Shown here one piece after another: positions 48,221 through 61,924 of a stretch of DNA of 64,000 nucleotides. The DNA is from Isurus oxyrinchus. Lineage: Eukaryota. A program made the translations under genes and the position numbers. The stretch covers positions 930,001 through 994,000 of the forward strand of contig JANJGN010000088.1 in the NCBI GenBank assembly GCA_026770705.1. Reading direction: 5' to 3'. The first letter of the stretch is position 1; each line of letters starts with the position of its first letter. The notes beneath the pieces are model-generated. The model was given only the letters and a program-made list of their open reading frames with translations. It ran no database searches and had not been told where the DNA came from.

Positions 48221-51200
48221 ACATTGTGTTAAATGGTCACTCTCAGAGGGGCAGGTCTTTGGATGCAGAGTTTTCAGGAACAGAACACAGACACCAAGAG
48301 AGGATTTTGGAAACAGAAGGCCGCTCAGTCATCTGGGAAGACAAATGATGCTAGAAACACAATTCTGAGCACCAGACCTCAGGGAAGATGTGAATACCTT
48401 AGAAAGGGTGCAGAGGATGTTTTTACCAGGATGTTACCAGGGATGAGGACTTCAGTTATGAGGAGAAGTGTGAAATGCTGGGACTGTTCTTTTTGGGAGC
48501 TCCAGAATTGCCTCCTTAAAACTCTCCACTTCTCTCCCTTCCTTTAAGACACTTTTCCAATCATAAAACTCTTTGAACAAGCATTTGGTCATCTACACTA
48601 ATATCTCTTTATGTGGCTTGGTGTTACATTTTGTTTAATAATGTTCCTGTGAAGCACCGTGGAATGTTTTACAATGTTAAAGGTGCTGTATAAATACAAG
48701 TTGTTGTTGTTGTTGGAACAGTGAATGTTCAGAGGTGACCTAATAGATGGTGTGCAGTTTTATAAAAGACTACCTGTCCCCTGACCTCCCCCATTGCTTA
48801 CAAACGGTTCTTGGACTTTATAATTTATAAAGAACAAAAGTAGACAGACACAGGGTTTGACTCAACCATAAACTTGTTGCTTTATTTTGCCCACTAATAT
48901 CCCCAGTACAGATACCTCAAAGATCCGTTGAAATGACATAGAAACCACCCCCCCTACAGAAAAATAAACAACCTGTCCCCAGTACAAAACACCCTGGGGT
49001 TTGACTGACAGACCACAAGCTCATAAAAAATAAACAGACCTTCTACGAAATGAAAGCAAATAAAAGCTCTAAAGAAGAGTCATATGGACTCGAAACGTTA
49101 ACTCTGTTTCTCTCTCCACAGATCCTGTCAAACGTGCTGAGATTTTCCAGCATTTTCTGTTTTTAATTCGATGTTCTACAAAAGTTCCCCAAAATTGAAG
49201 CAAATACCCCCGTTCAAATCCTCCTGTGACTAGCTGAAATGAGCACCTTCAATTCCCAGCTGCTCCATCCTGCGAGTTGACTGCTGTCCCCCTTGAGCCA
49301 CAACAAAGTCACTGCAACTTGTTAAAATCTGACAAAATACAGACAAAACATTCCACCTTTATCCCAAAACCTTACAAATCCTCAGACCAATATCACTACC
49401 ATTTGGCTGAAACACTTACTGTACCCAACATGGCTGGACTGTCTAATGTTGATTGTTGGTCCTGAGTCAAGATGACCAGTCCTGACCCTTCTTCCACCTG
49501 CAGCCCCCAACTCTGCTATGCTCTTCTTTTTATAATGATTCAACACAAACATATTCCCTGTTGTTCTGTCGAAGGGTCATGAGGACTTGAAATGTCAACT
49601 CTTTTCTTCTCCGCCGATGCTGCCAGACCTGCTGAGTTTTTCCAGGTAATTCTGTTTTTGTTTTGGATTTCCAGCATCCGCAGTTTTTTGGGTTTTTTTC
49701 CCTGTTGTTCATGCTGCTCCAATATCTGGTAACTAACACCTTCTTAATTTATTTCATGCAAACTCCTGACGAATATGATCAGCTCATGCTGGTTGAAAAA
49801 ATCCAGTCATTCCATGGAAAAATAGCCCAGATGAATATGATCAGCTCTCATACTATTTAAACAATTCTCCTGCTGTTTTGAAGCAGTACAGTAACAGCAC
49901 CAAGGTTGATGAAGGTTAGAATGTCCCATTCCTCTACTCGAGAGGAACCACTCATAGATACAATGGCCAGATTCCAGAATCGTTGTCTATGATGCCGGCC
50001 TTAGTTGTGTTACAATTCCTTAATTGTATTATGTGGATGGCATGTTCCTTGTACCATTGTATAGGGTAATCCGTCTCTTAATCGCATTAGCCAATGGCAG
50101 GTAATGGAATTTCCCTGGTACTATTGTCCCAAGATAGCAATCAGTCAATGTCTGAATCCTTTTGATGAGCCACTGTCTTTTACGAAATGTCCGAATTAGC
50201 CGCTTGCTGCCCAGCTCTGTGCTGTTGGCTGCAGCTTGGGTTTTGTATGTTATAGTTCAAAACATGAGGTCAAAACATGTCCATGGGTTTGGATTTTTCT
50301 ATTCCATAAATTTCCCAGTTGGAGGGACTTCCAATCCTGCAGTTTTGATAGGATAGATATAGACAAACTCATCCATCTGGTGAATGGGTCAATGACATGA
50401 CTTAAAATCATTGGCAAAAGATCGAGAAGGAAGGTGAAGAGAATTGTTTTCGCTCAGAGAGTTGTTGGGATCTGGAAAACTCTGACTGATAAGATGGTGG
50501 AAGCTGTTTCCATAAATAATTTTCAAAGGGAGTTGACAGCTAACTGAAGAGGAAGAACTTAGAGGGTTACAGACAAAAAGCAGGAGTGTGGGACTAAACA
50601 CAACTGCTCTTTCACAGAGCCAGCACAGGCACAATGGGCTGAGTGGCCTCCTTGTGCTGTAAGGTTTTATGGTTCTATGATTCGAACTTACTGATTGAAC
50701 CAAAGTTCATCTCCTCTGATGGTAACCGGCATTTACAGAGCTCCTTTCACAAACTCAAGACATCCCAAAGTACACTGCAACCAATGAAGTACTTTTTGAA
50801 GTGTCGTCACTGTTGCAGTGTAGGAAAGGCAGGAGACAAATTGTGCACAGCAAGATCCCACACACAGCAATGAGATGAAATGACCAAATAATTTTAATGA
50901 TAAATTGGGAAAATAAATTGAATAATATGATGAAGAATAAGCAATGGCAAACATTTCAAGAATTAATTCAAATTTGTAACGTATATACATTCCATTAAAG
51001 AATAAAAACACCCATGGAGAAAGAATTCCTACAACAAGAGAAGTTGAGGATAGTATGAGATTCATGGAGGAGGCTTATAATGTTAGAATAGTAAGCCTGA
51101 GGATTGGGTGGATTTTAATATTCAGGAACTGATGACCAAGTAATTGATAAAGAAAGAGAAAATAGAAGAGGAGAGGAAACTAGAAGAAAACACCAAATCA

Positions 51201-51299
51201 TATTCTAAAAGCTTCTGTCGTAATGTGTGTAGTTCTAGACAACTTACCCATGGAAGGATATACTAACCTTGAAGAGAATGCAGCAAAGTTTCATTAGAC

Positions 51300-52817
51300 T
51301 TGTTTCTGGGGCAATTTTTTAATTCTTCTCTGGCCACGGGGGAGGTGCCAGAGGACTGTAGAACAGCTAATGTTGTTCCGCTATTTAAGAAGGGTTGTCA
51401 AGATAAGCCAGGGAACTACAGACCAGTGAGTCTCACATCAGTGGCAGGGAAACTACTGGAGAAAATTCTGAAGGAGAGAATCTATTTCCACCTGGAGAGG
51501 CAAGGTTTGTTCAGGGATAGTCAGCATGGCTTTGTCAGAGGGAGGTCACGCCTAACAAATTTGATTGAATTTTTTTGAGGAGGTGACCAGGTGTGTAGTT
51601 GAGGGTAGTGCAGTTGATGTAGTTTATATGGATTTCAGCAAAGCCTCTGACAAGGTCCCACATGGGAGACTTATAAAGAAGGCACATGCACATGGGATAC
51701 AGGGTAATTTGATAAGGTGGATTCAAAATTGCCTTAGTTGTAGGAGAAAGAGGATGCTGACAGAAGGATGCTTTAGTGACTGGAAGCCAATGTCCAGTGG
51801 CGTACCACAGGGATCTGTACTCGGTCCCCTATTATTTGTCATTTATATAAATGACATAGATGACTATGTGGGGGGTAGGATTAGTAAGCTTGAGGATGAC
51901 ACAACGATTGACCAGGTGGTTAACAGTGAGGTTGAATGTCTTGGGCTACAGGAAGATCTAGACAGGATGGTCAAATGGGCAGATAAGTGGCAGATGGAAT
52001 TTAACCCTGAAAAGTGTGAGGTGATACACTTTGGAAGGAGTAATTTGACAAGGAAATAGTCAATGAATGGCATGACACCAAGAAATTCTGAGGAACAAAG
52101 GGACCTTGGCATGTGTGTCCATAGATCTCTGAAGGTGGAGGGGCTTGTTAGTGGGGTGGTGAAAATGGGGTATGGGACACTTGCATTTATCAATCGAGGC
52201 ATAGATTACAAAAGTAGGGAGATCATGTTAGAGTTGTATGGAGCCATGGTGAGGCAACAGCTGGATTACTGTGTGCAGTTCTGGTCACCACATTATATGA
52301 AGGATGTGATTGCACTGGAGAGGGTGCAGAGGAGATTCACCAGGATGTTGCCTGAGATGAAGCATTTAAGTTATGAAGAGAGTTTGGATAGACTGGGGTT
52401 GTTTTCATTGGAGCAGAGAAGACTGAGGGGCGACCTGATCGAGGTGTACAAGATTATGAGGCGCATGGACAGGGTGGATAGGGAGCAGCTGTTCCCCTTA
52501 GTTGAAGGGTCAGTCATGAGGGGACATAAGTTCAAGGTGAGGGGCAGGAGGTTTAGGGGGGATGTGAGGAAAAACCTTTTTACCCAGAGGGTGGTGAGGG
52601 TCTGGAATGCGCTGCTTGGGAGGGTGGTGGAGGCGGGTTGCCTCACATCCTTTATAAAGTACCTGCATGAGCACTTGGCACTTCATAACATTCAAGGCTA
52701 TGGGCCAAGTGCTGGTAAATGGGATTTGGTAGGTAGGTCAGGTGTTTATCACGTGTTGGTTCAGACTTGATGGGCCGAAGGGCCTCTCCTGCACTGTGTG
52801 ATTCTGTGATTCTGTGA
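51300..52817 (+). mobile_element. CR1 RT fragment with (ATTCTGTG)n 3' end
   Basis: NYRPVSLTS, YMDFSKASDKVPH, GVPQGSVLGP, QRVVRVWNAL; terminal attctgtgattctgtga. Confidence 0.9.
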
Positions 52818-52989
52818 CAAGGGGATTGCCCTATAAAGAGAGATTGACGATAAAAATGAATGGCGATCTCATTGCAGCATGTAAAATTCTTAAAGGGCTT
52901 TGTAGGGTGAATGTTGAGAGGATGATATTTCCCCTAGAACACAGGATCACAGTTCTGATTGAGGGATCGGTCATTCAGGACAGAGAAGT

Positions 52990-53877
52990 TGTTATGACGC
53001 GGCAGATGATATGTGTCAGGCAGATCAAACCCACAAGGGAAACGTGATCACACAATCACAACTGTTTTGCAATTTGTATTTTACTTTGAAATGTGTGCCC
53101 TGAATTCAGAAGTAATAAGACTACCATGACTACAGACGTTTTTAGAAAACTAAATTTTACACTTATTAACAAATGAAAAGATTTCAAGCACATACATAGG
53201 TGTACAAATCACTTCTATAAGAACTCCTGAAACCCCTATTTAATCTGCTAAGGCAACAGTAAAAACAAATAGATTTAAACAGACCCAGGCAAAGCCACAC
53301 AATACTGGACAGTCGAATTCAAAGTGACTTTTGTCATCTTTGGTTCCTTTTGACAGCAACTTGATGCACAGAGGCTGGAGGCTTTTTATACTTGTTAGCT
53401 CTTCGAATGCCTTCTCCCTGACACAACCTCATCTCCTTCCTACATGTTTCTCCTTGTTTAATGCAATTTCCATTGTTTTGATATGTCTTTGGAACTTTAC
53501 CTTTCTCGTAATATAAATCTTTTCATAGAGCTCATTTTATCAGTAACCTTTGGGAAAAATAAACACACTGTTTGCTTAGCTTCTTCTGGCTAGGTGTAGC
53601 ATTCTACCGTCTTTTTGAAATTCAAACTACTTGAATTTATCTATCAATGCAAATTTTCTTCACACCTCACATTCTAAAACTTCAGCCTTGTTTCGGTATT
53701 TAGCATTTCAAACTTAGCTTCTTTTTGATGACTCAAAAGCCTCCAGACCAGCTGCGTCCAATTCAATTAAATCCCACACACACAGATACACACAGGAAAA
53801 CTATCCAAACCCCATTATGAACCTACTTTTATAATAAATCACAATAATATTATGAGAATTATTATACTTTCATGACA
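52990..53877. mobile_element. Solo LTR inserted in a CR1 fragment
   Basis: TGTTATGA...TCATGACA termini flanked by a perfect 5-bp target duplication GAAGT (52985-52989, 53878-53882). Confidence 0.8.
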
Positions 53878-54339
53878 GAAGTGGAGAAATCGTTTCACTC
53901 AAAGGGTTGTGGATCTTTGGAATCCTCTACCTCGGGGGCCATTGATGCTCAGTCATTGAGGCTATTCAAGAAATGGATCAATAGGTTTTTGTGTATTCAG
54001 GGCATGAAGGAATATGGGGATAATGTGGGAAGGTGGGGCTAAGGTTGAAGGTCAGCCTTGATCATATTGAATGGCAGAGCAAGTTCAAGGGTCCAAATGG
54101 CCTCATCCTGGTAGATTTAGATGAGGAAAAATGTGAGGAGCTCCAGTGGAATATAAATACTGGTATGGACTGGTTGGGCCAAATGGACTATTTATGTGTT
54201 GTGTATCCTGTATAATCCCATGTGAGATGGGCAAACTGCTTAATGGGAATGCTGACACTAAATCTGAGAAGGGATCTATGGCAGATCCATATTGTTACAA
54301 AGGGTGATAGAGGTGTTCACAATGAGAGAATGAATTAGT

Positions 54340-55270
54340 ACGTTATCTGCAGCAATATCAGCACCTTGTATCCATGTATCACACCTACACCAGCAACACT
54401 CTCTAAAGTATTACTACTGTATCTGCAGCAATAACAGCACCAGGTATCCGTGTATCACACCCACACCAGTAACACTGTCTAAAGTATTAGTACTGTATCT
54501 GCAGCAATAACAGCACCGGGTATCTGTGTATCACACCCACATCAATAACACTGTCTAAAGTATTAATACTGTATCTGCAGCAGTAACAGCACCGGGTATC
54601 CGTGTATCACACCCACACAAGTAACACTGTCTAAAGTATTAGTACTGTATCTGCAGCAGTAACAGCACCGGGTAACCGTGTATCACACCCACACCAGTAA
54701 CACTGTCTAAAGTATTAGTACTGTACCTGCAGCAATAACAGCACCATGTATCACACCCACACCAGCAACACTCTCTAAAGTATTAGTACTGTATCTGCAG
54801 CAGTAACAGCACCAGGTTTCCGTGTATCACACCTACACCAGTAACACTCTCTAAAGTATTAGTACTGTACCTGCAGCAATAACAGCACCGGGTATCCGTG
54901 TATCACATCCACATCAGTAACACTTTCTGAAGTATTAATACTGTATCTGCAGCAATAACAGCACCGGGTATCCGTGTATAACACCCACACCAGTAACACT
55001 GTCTAAAGTATTAATACTGTATCTGCAGCAATAACAGCACCGCGTATCCGTGTATAACACCCACACCAGTAACACTGTCTAAAGTATTAATACTGTATCT
55101 GCAGCAATAACAGCACCGGGTATCCGTGTATAACACCCACACCAGTAACACTGTCTAAAGTATTAATACTGTATCTGCAGCAATAACAGCACCGGGTTTT
55201 CGTGTATCACACCTACACCAGCAACACTCTCTAAAGTATTAATACTGTATCTGCAGCAGTAACAGCACTG
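54340..55270. repeat. 76-bp minisatellite, about 12 copies
   Basis: gtatctgcagcaataacagcaccgggtatccgtgtatcacacccacaccagtaacactgtctaaagtattagtact. Confidence 0.95.
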
Positions 55271-56779
55271 CGTGAACCATTCTGTCTACCTACATCTATC
55301 TATCTCACACTCTTTATGTATATTTATATATATATATGTAACCGCATATATTTTTACCTATACATCTGTACATATATAAGATGTGTGTCTCTATTTAGAT
55401 TAATTATTATATGAAACATTCCCCATTACAGTTCTACAGTTGAATGTCCAGTCGCTATTACTGATTTGCAGACTAGTGTAGAGGTTCAGAACCCGTAGTG
55501 ATCAGTTAATTTTTACTGATCACTGCCCGTACCCTATCGCTGGCCCCAACACCCACCCAGCCCAGCTCAGTGGGTTGCTCACAGAACCGGTTCGCTGTTA
55601 CACTCGATAAAAACAGCAGAAATACCATTTTAGACTGAGTCTTTATCAGCAACAAGCAGCAACCCACACCCAAAGCTAAACTTACCCCATCAGCAATGAT
55701 TGATGGAAACTGCACTCTAAATGTTTCACTGACTGGGTCAGCTCCACATGCAGCAAATTGTTTCTGAGCTGAGAATGTTTCCCAGCCTTGAATATCCCCC
55801 TCCTGTGTTTTCCATCCCGTTGTCTCCTTCACTGTTTCCCCTTCAAACCTCACTCAGCAAGGCCATGTTGTGAAGCCTGGTCCAGGGTTCACTGAGCCTG
55901 TCCTGAGCTTGACTAACCCGTCACTGATGGGGTTAAAGGAGTGCGGTGGAACAGTTCAATAACCATCACTTCCCAAGTATATTTCACAAGGGCTGATAGA
56001 TTGGACAATCTCCCTGACAGTGGGACATGGAGGTGCAGGGGTTGTGTTACTGGACTAGGAATCCCGAGGCTGAACTCATCCAGTAAATTCATCAACCCCA
56101 ACAGCTTGAAACTTTGAAATCAGTTTAATAATCAGTTTAAAAAACAACTAGCATAACTAAAGATCACAAATGTCCTTTCAGGCTGGAAACCTGCCCAACA
56201 TGTGAGTCCAGTCCCACACTGAATCTGAATCGTCCCCTGAGGTGGCCTGGTGAGTCACACAGTCTCATCAAACCGAGATTCAAGAGGAAGACCCACCACC
56301 ATCACCACCTTCTCAGGGTAACTAGGGGATGGGGCTAGAAATACCAGCCTTACCAGTGACACCCACATCCCAACAACACATTGTCAAAACATCCTGAGGG
56401 GGATTTTGAGAGCTGGGATTTTAAATTATTTTTTAATGATCATTTTAAATATAGAAACACAACTTGCTTTCAACTGATCCACAGGTTTTGGAAATTACCA
56501 GCCATCTGCAATCCAGTTATAATTAGGCTGTTTGCGAGCACAGAATGAAAGGAAGGAGCTGGGTGAATATCATTGCTCGTGTCGTTAGGGGCAGGTTCTG
56601 ATCGAGATAATTAATATTCAGAATGGATCCTGTCAGGAAGGAGGATTCAGACACGTTCTTGATGGAGATGTGAGGATTGGTGATTATTCAGGAGATTCCT
56701 TCAATTGCATTTGGCACCCAGACAGTTTGTCTCTGGATATTTTCTCAGGAGACTTAATGTAATGGGTAGAGTTCATGAC

Positions 56780-57305
56780 AGGGGAGAGATGTACTTGCTA
56801 TAGAGGGAGTGCAGCTAAGGTTTACCTGACTGATTCCTGGGATGGCGGAACTGACAAATGAGGAGGGATTGAGTCGGTTAAGATTATATGCGGTGGAGTT
56901 CAGAAGAATGAGGGGGGATCTCATTGAAACCTATAAAATTCTAACAGGACTAGACAGGGTAGATGCAGGAAGGATGTTCCCGATGGTGGGGGAGTCCAGA
57001 ACCAAGGGTCATATTCTGTGGGTATGGGGTAGACCATTCAGGATTGAGATGAGGAGAAATGTTTTCCCCCAGAGAGTGGTGAGCCTGTGGAATTCGTTAC
57101 CACAGAAAGTGGTTGAGACCAAATCATTGTATGTTTTCAAGAAGGAGTTAGATATAGTTCTTGGGGCGAAAGGGATCAAAGGGTATGGGGAGAAAGCGGG
57201 AGCAGGCTATTGAGTTGGATGATCCGCCATGATCATAATGAATGGCAGAGCAGGCTCGAAGGGCCGAATGGCCAAATCCTGCTCCTAGTTTCTATGTTTC
57301 TATTA
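56780..57305 (+). mobile_element. CR1 3' fragment
   Basis: RRMRGDLIETYKIL...QRVVSLWNSLP; tttctatgtttcta tail. Confidence 0.85.
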
Positions 57306-57309
57306 TATA

Positions 57310-58495
57310 GGATGTGGAAAGAGATTAAATAGATGGTAATCCCTGCACAGTGTAGTTTATACATGGGCTGTGGAAGGAGATTAAATGTGTGGTAATCCCA
57401 GGACAGTGTAGATTGTACATGAACTGTGGAAGGAAATTAAATGTGTGTTAATCCCAGGGCAGTGTAGATTGTACATGGGCTGTGGAAGGAGATTAAATGT
57501 GTGGTAATCCCAGGACAGTGTAGATTGTACATGGGCTGTGGAAGATTAAATGTGTGTTAATCCCAGGACAGTGTAGATTGTAAATGGGCTGTGAAAGGAG
57601 ATTAAATGTGTGGTAATCCCAGGACAGTGTAGATTGTACTTGGGCTGTGAAAGGAGATTAAATGTATGTTAATCCCAGGACAGTGTAGATTGTACATGGG
57701 CTGTGGAAGGAGATTAAATGTGTGTTAATCCCAGGACAGTGTAGATTGTACATGGGCTGTGGAAGGAAATTAAATGGGTGGTAATCCCAGGACGGTGTAG
57801 ATTGTACATGGGCTTTGGAAGGAAATTAAATGTGTGGTTATCCCAGGACAGTGTAGAGTGTACATGGGCTGTGGCAGGAGATTAAATGTGTGGTAATCCC
57901 AGGACAGTGTAGATTGTACATAGGCTGCAGAAGGAGATTAAATGTGTGGTAATCCCAGGACAGTGTAGATTGTACATGGGCTGTGGAAGGAGATTAAATG
58001 TGTGGTAATCCCAGGACAGTGTAGATTATACATGGGCTATGGAAGGAGATTACATGTGTGGTAATCCCAGGACAGTGTAGATTGTACATGGGCTGCGGAA
58101 GGAGATTAAATGTGTGGTAATCCCAGGACAGCGTAGATTGTACATGGGCTGTGGAAGGAGATTAAATGTGTGGTAATCGCAGGACAGTGTAGATTGTACA
58201 TGGGCTGTGAAAGGAGATTAAATGTGTGGTAATCCCAGGACAGTGTAGATTGTACATGGGCTGCGGAAGGAGATTAAATGGGTGGTAATCCCAGGACAGT
58301 GTAGATTGTACATGGGCTGTGGAAGGAGATTAAATGTGTGGTAATCCCAGGACAGTGTAGATTCTGCATGGGCTGTGGAAGGAGATTAAATGTGTGTTAA
58401 TCCCAGGACAGTGTAGAGTTTACATGGGCTGTGGAGGGAGATTAAATGTGTGGTAATCCCAGGACAGTGTAGAATGTACATGGGCTGTGGAATGA
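57310..58495. repeat. 56-bp minisatellite, about 21 copies
   Basis: gggctgtggaaggagattaaatgtgtggtaatcccaggacagtgtagattgtacat. Confidence 0.95.
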
Positions 58496-59089
58496 AGCAG
58501 ATTCATGGGTTGACTGACAATTGCAGTTCAATGTTTCTCGGTCACAAGATAAATTCCGTGCGTTGTTGGCCAGTTAATCAGCACCTTGAATCTAAGGGAA
58601 ACGCTGTTTTCATGATGAACCAAACTAATGTCTTTGATTAAAGATTTGGTCGAGTTCTTGAAGTTTTTAGGTGAAGAATCTCTACTTTAGAGTCAGTTTT
58701 ATGCTGCTTCTGTCCAAGGGATAGATTGTTCTCCACTCGCACAGGGAGATTGGGTTTTGAGTCTCTTTTACCTTCAAACTTTCAGTCCTGTTTCTCTGGC
58801 CTCTTTTTGGTAAATATAAGAATTGTTTATTGGTGTTGGTCACTAAATCAGAACCATATTTCCATATGTAAAACACTGTGCTTGTTCTTTTTAGTAACAC
58901 CGCTCCCTCTGGGGGGCCCCCTGTTCAGTTTCAGCGGCGCTGCTAACTCCTCCAGGAAGTGTAAGGAGAAGGAAATAGACCTGAGGTTGTTGCCAAGTTT
59001 CACACATCTGAAAATCAAGAATGAAAATATCAAACCTGTTTCTCATAACTCAACAGCTGCACATTGAGAGATTCTGTTCAAATACACAA

Positions 59090-59715
59090 GAAAATTGGAA
59101 TGGGAGAGGACCATTCAGCCCCTTCATCCTGTTCTCCCTTTCATTTAGACCACGGCTAATCGGTATGTTGACTCCATTTACCCGCCTTGTTTCTAGACCC
59201 TTCAATAACTGTGTCCTAACAAAATTCTGTTCACCTCAGTATTGAGTTTTTCAATTGACCCCCCAACAGCCTCAACATTTTTTCAGGTTAGAGACTTCCA
59301 GATGTTCACTACCTTTCGTGTGAAGAAATTCTTCCTGACATCACTCCTGAACAGTCTGGCTTGAATTTTCAGGTTCTGCCTCCTTATTCTGTATACTCCC
59401 AACCCCACCATGGAAATTTTATCTCTCTATATACCCGATCAATCTTTTAATCAGCTTAAACCCCTTGATTAGATCCCCCTTTAATCTTCTATATTCTGTT
59501 TCTCAGGGAATACAATCCAAGTCAATGAACGCTGCCCTCAGAATGTAACACTTTCTGCCTGGTTGTCATTCTGGTAAATCTACGCTCTACCCCCTCCAAG
59601 CCCAGTACATCCTTCCTGAGCGGTGGTGCCCAGAACTGAACACAGTTCTCTACAAGTGATCTAACCAGAACTGCATTCAACTGGAGCATAACTTCCACCC
59701 CTTTGTATTCCAATG
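59090..59715 (-). mobile_element. CR1 3' fragment
   Basis: LVENCVQFWAPPLRKDVLGLEGVERRFTRM. Confidence 0.75.
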
Positions 59716-60629
59716 TTCATCACCAGCTACTGCTCATTGAGAGATTCTGTTTAATTCTGCTCTAAAGATTAATTAAAATCCAAAACCCACCAGTTGCCTC
59801 TCACACATGAAGCAAACTTTCCACATTTCCCCTCGTGTCCCATAGGATTAGTAATTCTACTTGTGGAATATTTATTTCAGTCAGCTTTGTGATTGGTGTA
59901 AACAACATGCTTTGTGACTGTGACCAAGGTGCCCTGTCCCTCCTCATCCTGTTCAGCAGCCTTTCACACAGTTATCCACACCATCCTCCTCCAATGTCTC
60001 TCCTCCATTGTCCAGCAGAGTGGGACTGCCCTCGCCTGGTTCCAATCTTACCTATCCAGTCACAGCCAGAGAATCACCTGTAATGACTTCTCTGAGGTCC
60101 AGTAACACTTTAGAGATTTTAAAAATTATAAGTAAAAGTTTTATTAACAAAAATAAAAGAAAACCGAAGCACATAAGAATATAGTTACACAATTAAGGTT
60201 AGTCTTACAAAACACTCCTCCAAAAACCTTCTGTTTGGTCAACTCACAAGTAAACAATTTTCAGGCAACACTCGCTTATTGATGTCGGCTATAAAATCCA
60301 GTAATATTACACAAAGCTTCAATAAAGTGTGTTACCTGGTCCTGGAACCCCAGGACTTAGGCTCTGGGGGTTTCTTGCAATCCCAGTTGAGTCCACTGTA
60401 GCTTCTGGTGTTGCAGGGACTAGAGAACTGCCACCCAGTGAGGTTGACTGGCAGCTCTATGAGACGGGGCTTTTTTCCCTGAGTGGTTGCAGGGGGATGC
60501 CCCACCTCAGCCAGTGAATCCTTGTTGGTGCTTTAAATGGCTGCAGGGCAGGCAGTACTGGCAGGGATGTGTTCTCCATCGACTCTTTGGATTGTGGGAA
60601 GGGAGACCCCACCATCCTAAACAACGTGG

Positions 60630-61850
60630 CCACAGAGTCATTACAGGACAGAAGGAGGCCATTCAACCTATCCAGTCCATGCCAATGCCCTGTAGCACAA
60701 ACCAGTCAGTCCCATCCTCCCTCTCTAACCCTGTAACCCTGCAAGTTTATTTCCCTCAGTTGCCCATCTAATTTGAAATCAATCATCATGTTCGCTTTCA
60801 CTGCCCTGTGGGCAGCGAGCTCCAGGTCATCACCACTCACTACATACAAAGTTCTTCCTGACATCCCGCTGCATCTCTTGCTGAAAACCTTAAATCTATA
60901 TCCCCAAGTCCTTGTTCCATCATTGAATAGGGACAGTTTTTCTTTGTCTATCTTATCTAAACCTGTCACAATCTTGTACACCTCTATCAGATCGCCCTTC
61001 AATCTCCTTTTCACCAAGGAGAATAACCCCAGCTTTTCCAACTTAACCATGAAGCTAAAATCCTTCATTCCTGGAACCATCCTGGTAAATCTCTTCCACA
61101 CCCTCTCAACAACCCTCACATCCTTCCTCAGGTGTGGTGATTATATTGAAGATCATTTGCCAATTACATGCCTATTTTGTTAGTTTATCAATGGCTTCCT
61201 CTATCCTGTCATAGTCCTCCTCTATATTCAGCACAACTCTCAGATAATGTTGAAATTGTGATTCTGATTCCCAAGTCCATATTGTTTCTGTAAATGGTGA
61301 ACAACAGTGGTCCCAGTACCATTCCTTGTGGAACACCACTTCTCACCATTTGCCAATCTGATGAACTACTTTTATTCTCTGTTTTCTGTTTTGTAACCAG
61401 CTTGTTATCCATTCTGCTATTGTCCCCTGATTCACATGTTTTGGCCTTGGCAATGAATGTACTCTGCGGTACTTATTGCAGGCCTTTTCGAAATCTAAAT
61501 GTGTTACCTCTGTTGCATTACCCTTCTCTACTCTTTCTGGTACTTCTTCAAATAAGTCAGTAAGGTTGGTCAAGCAAAACCTTCTCTTTTTCACTCCATG
61601 CTGACAACACTTTCTTAAATTTTCAGTTGCTCGATATTTTTCTGTTTCATTTTTGGGTAAAGATTCCGTTATCTTTCCTCCAACTGACTTTCGGTGAATT
61701 GGTCTTTAGGTCTCTGGATTTGCTGTACCTCCATGCTTAAATAAAAGAATCACATTAGCTATCTGCTTCTCCTCTGACATTATTCCCTTTCTTAGTGAAT
61801 GTGTAATAGTGCCTCTGCTATCACTTCGCTAACATCTTATAAAAGTGTGT
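60630..61850 (-). mobile_element. Decayed CR1 fragments
   Basis: GVPQGMVLGPLLF, KRFTRMVPG, KGDLIEVYK. Confidence 0.8.
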
Positions 61851-61924
61851 GTGTAAATTACCAGATCAAGGGTATTGAGTAGTCTTTATTTTACCTGGAT
61901 TGTTCCTAGCAGCTTACAATGGGA

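Noticed and set aside
48760-50390. Possible LTR-retroelement internal fragment
   Set aside because: No recognisable motif or boundaries that I could support by eye
44935-58495. CRISPR-like appearance of the 43-, 76- and 56-bp arrays
   Set aside because: Contiguous tandem repeats without unique spacers, in vertebrate DNA with no cas genes
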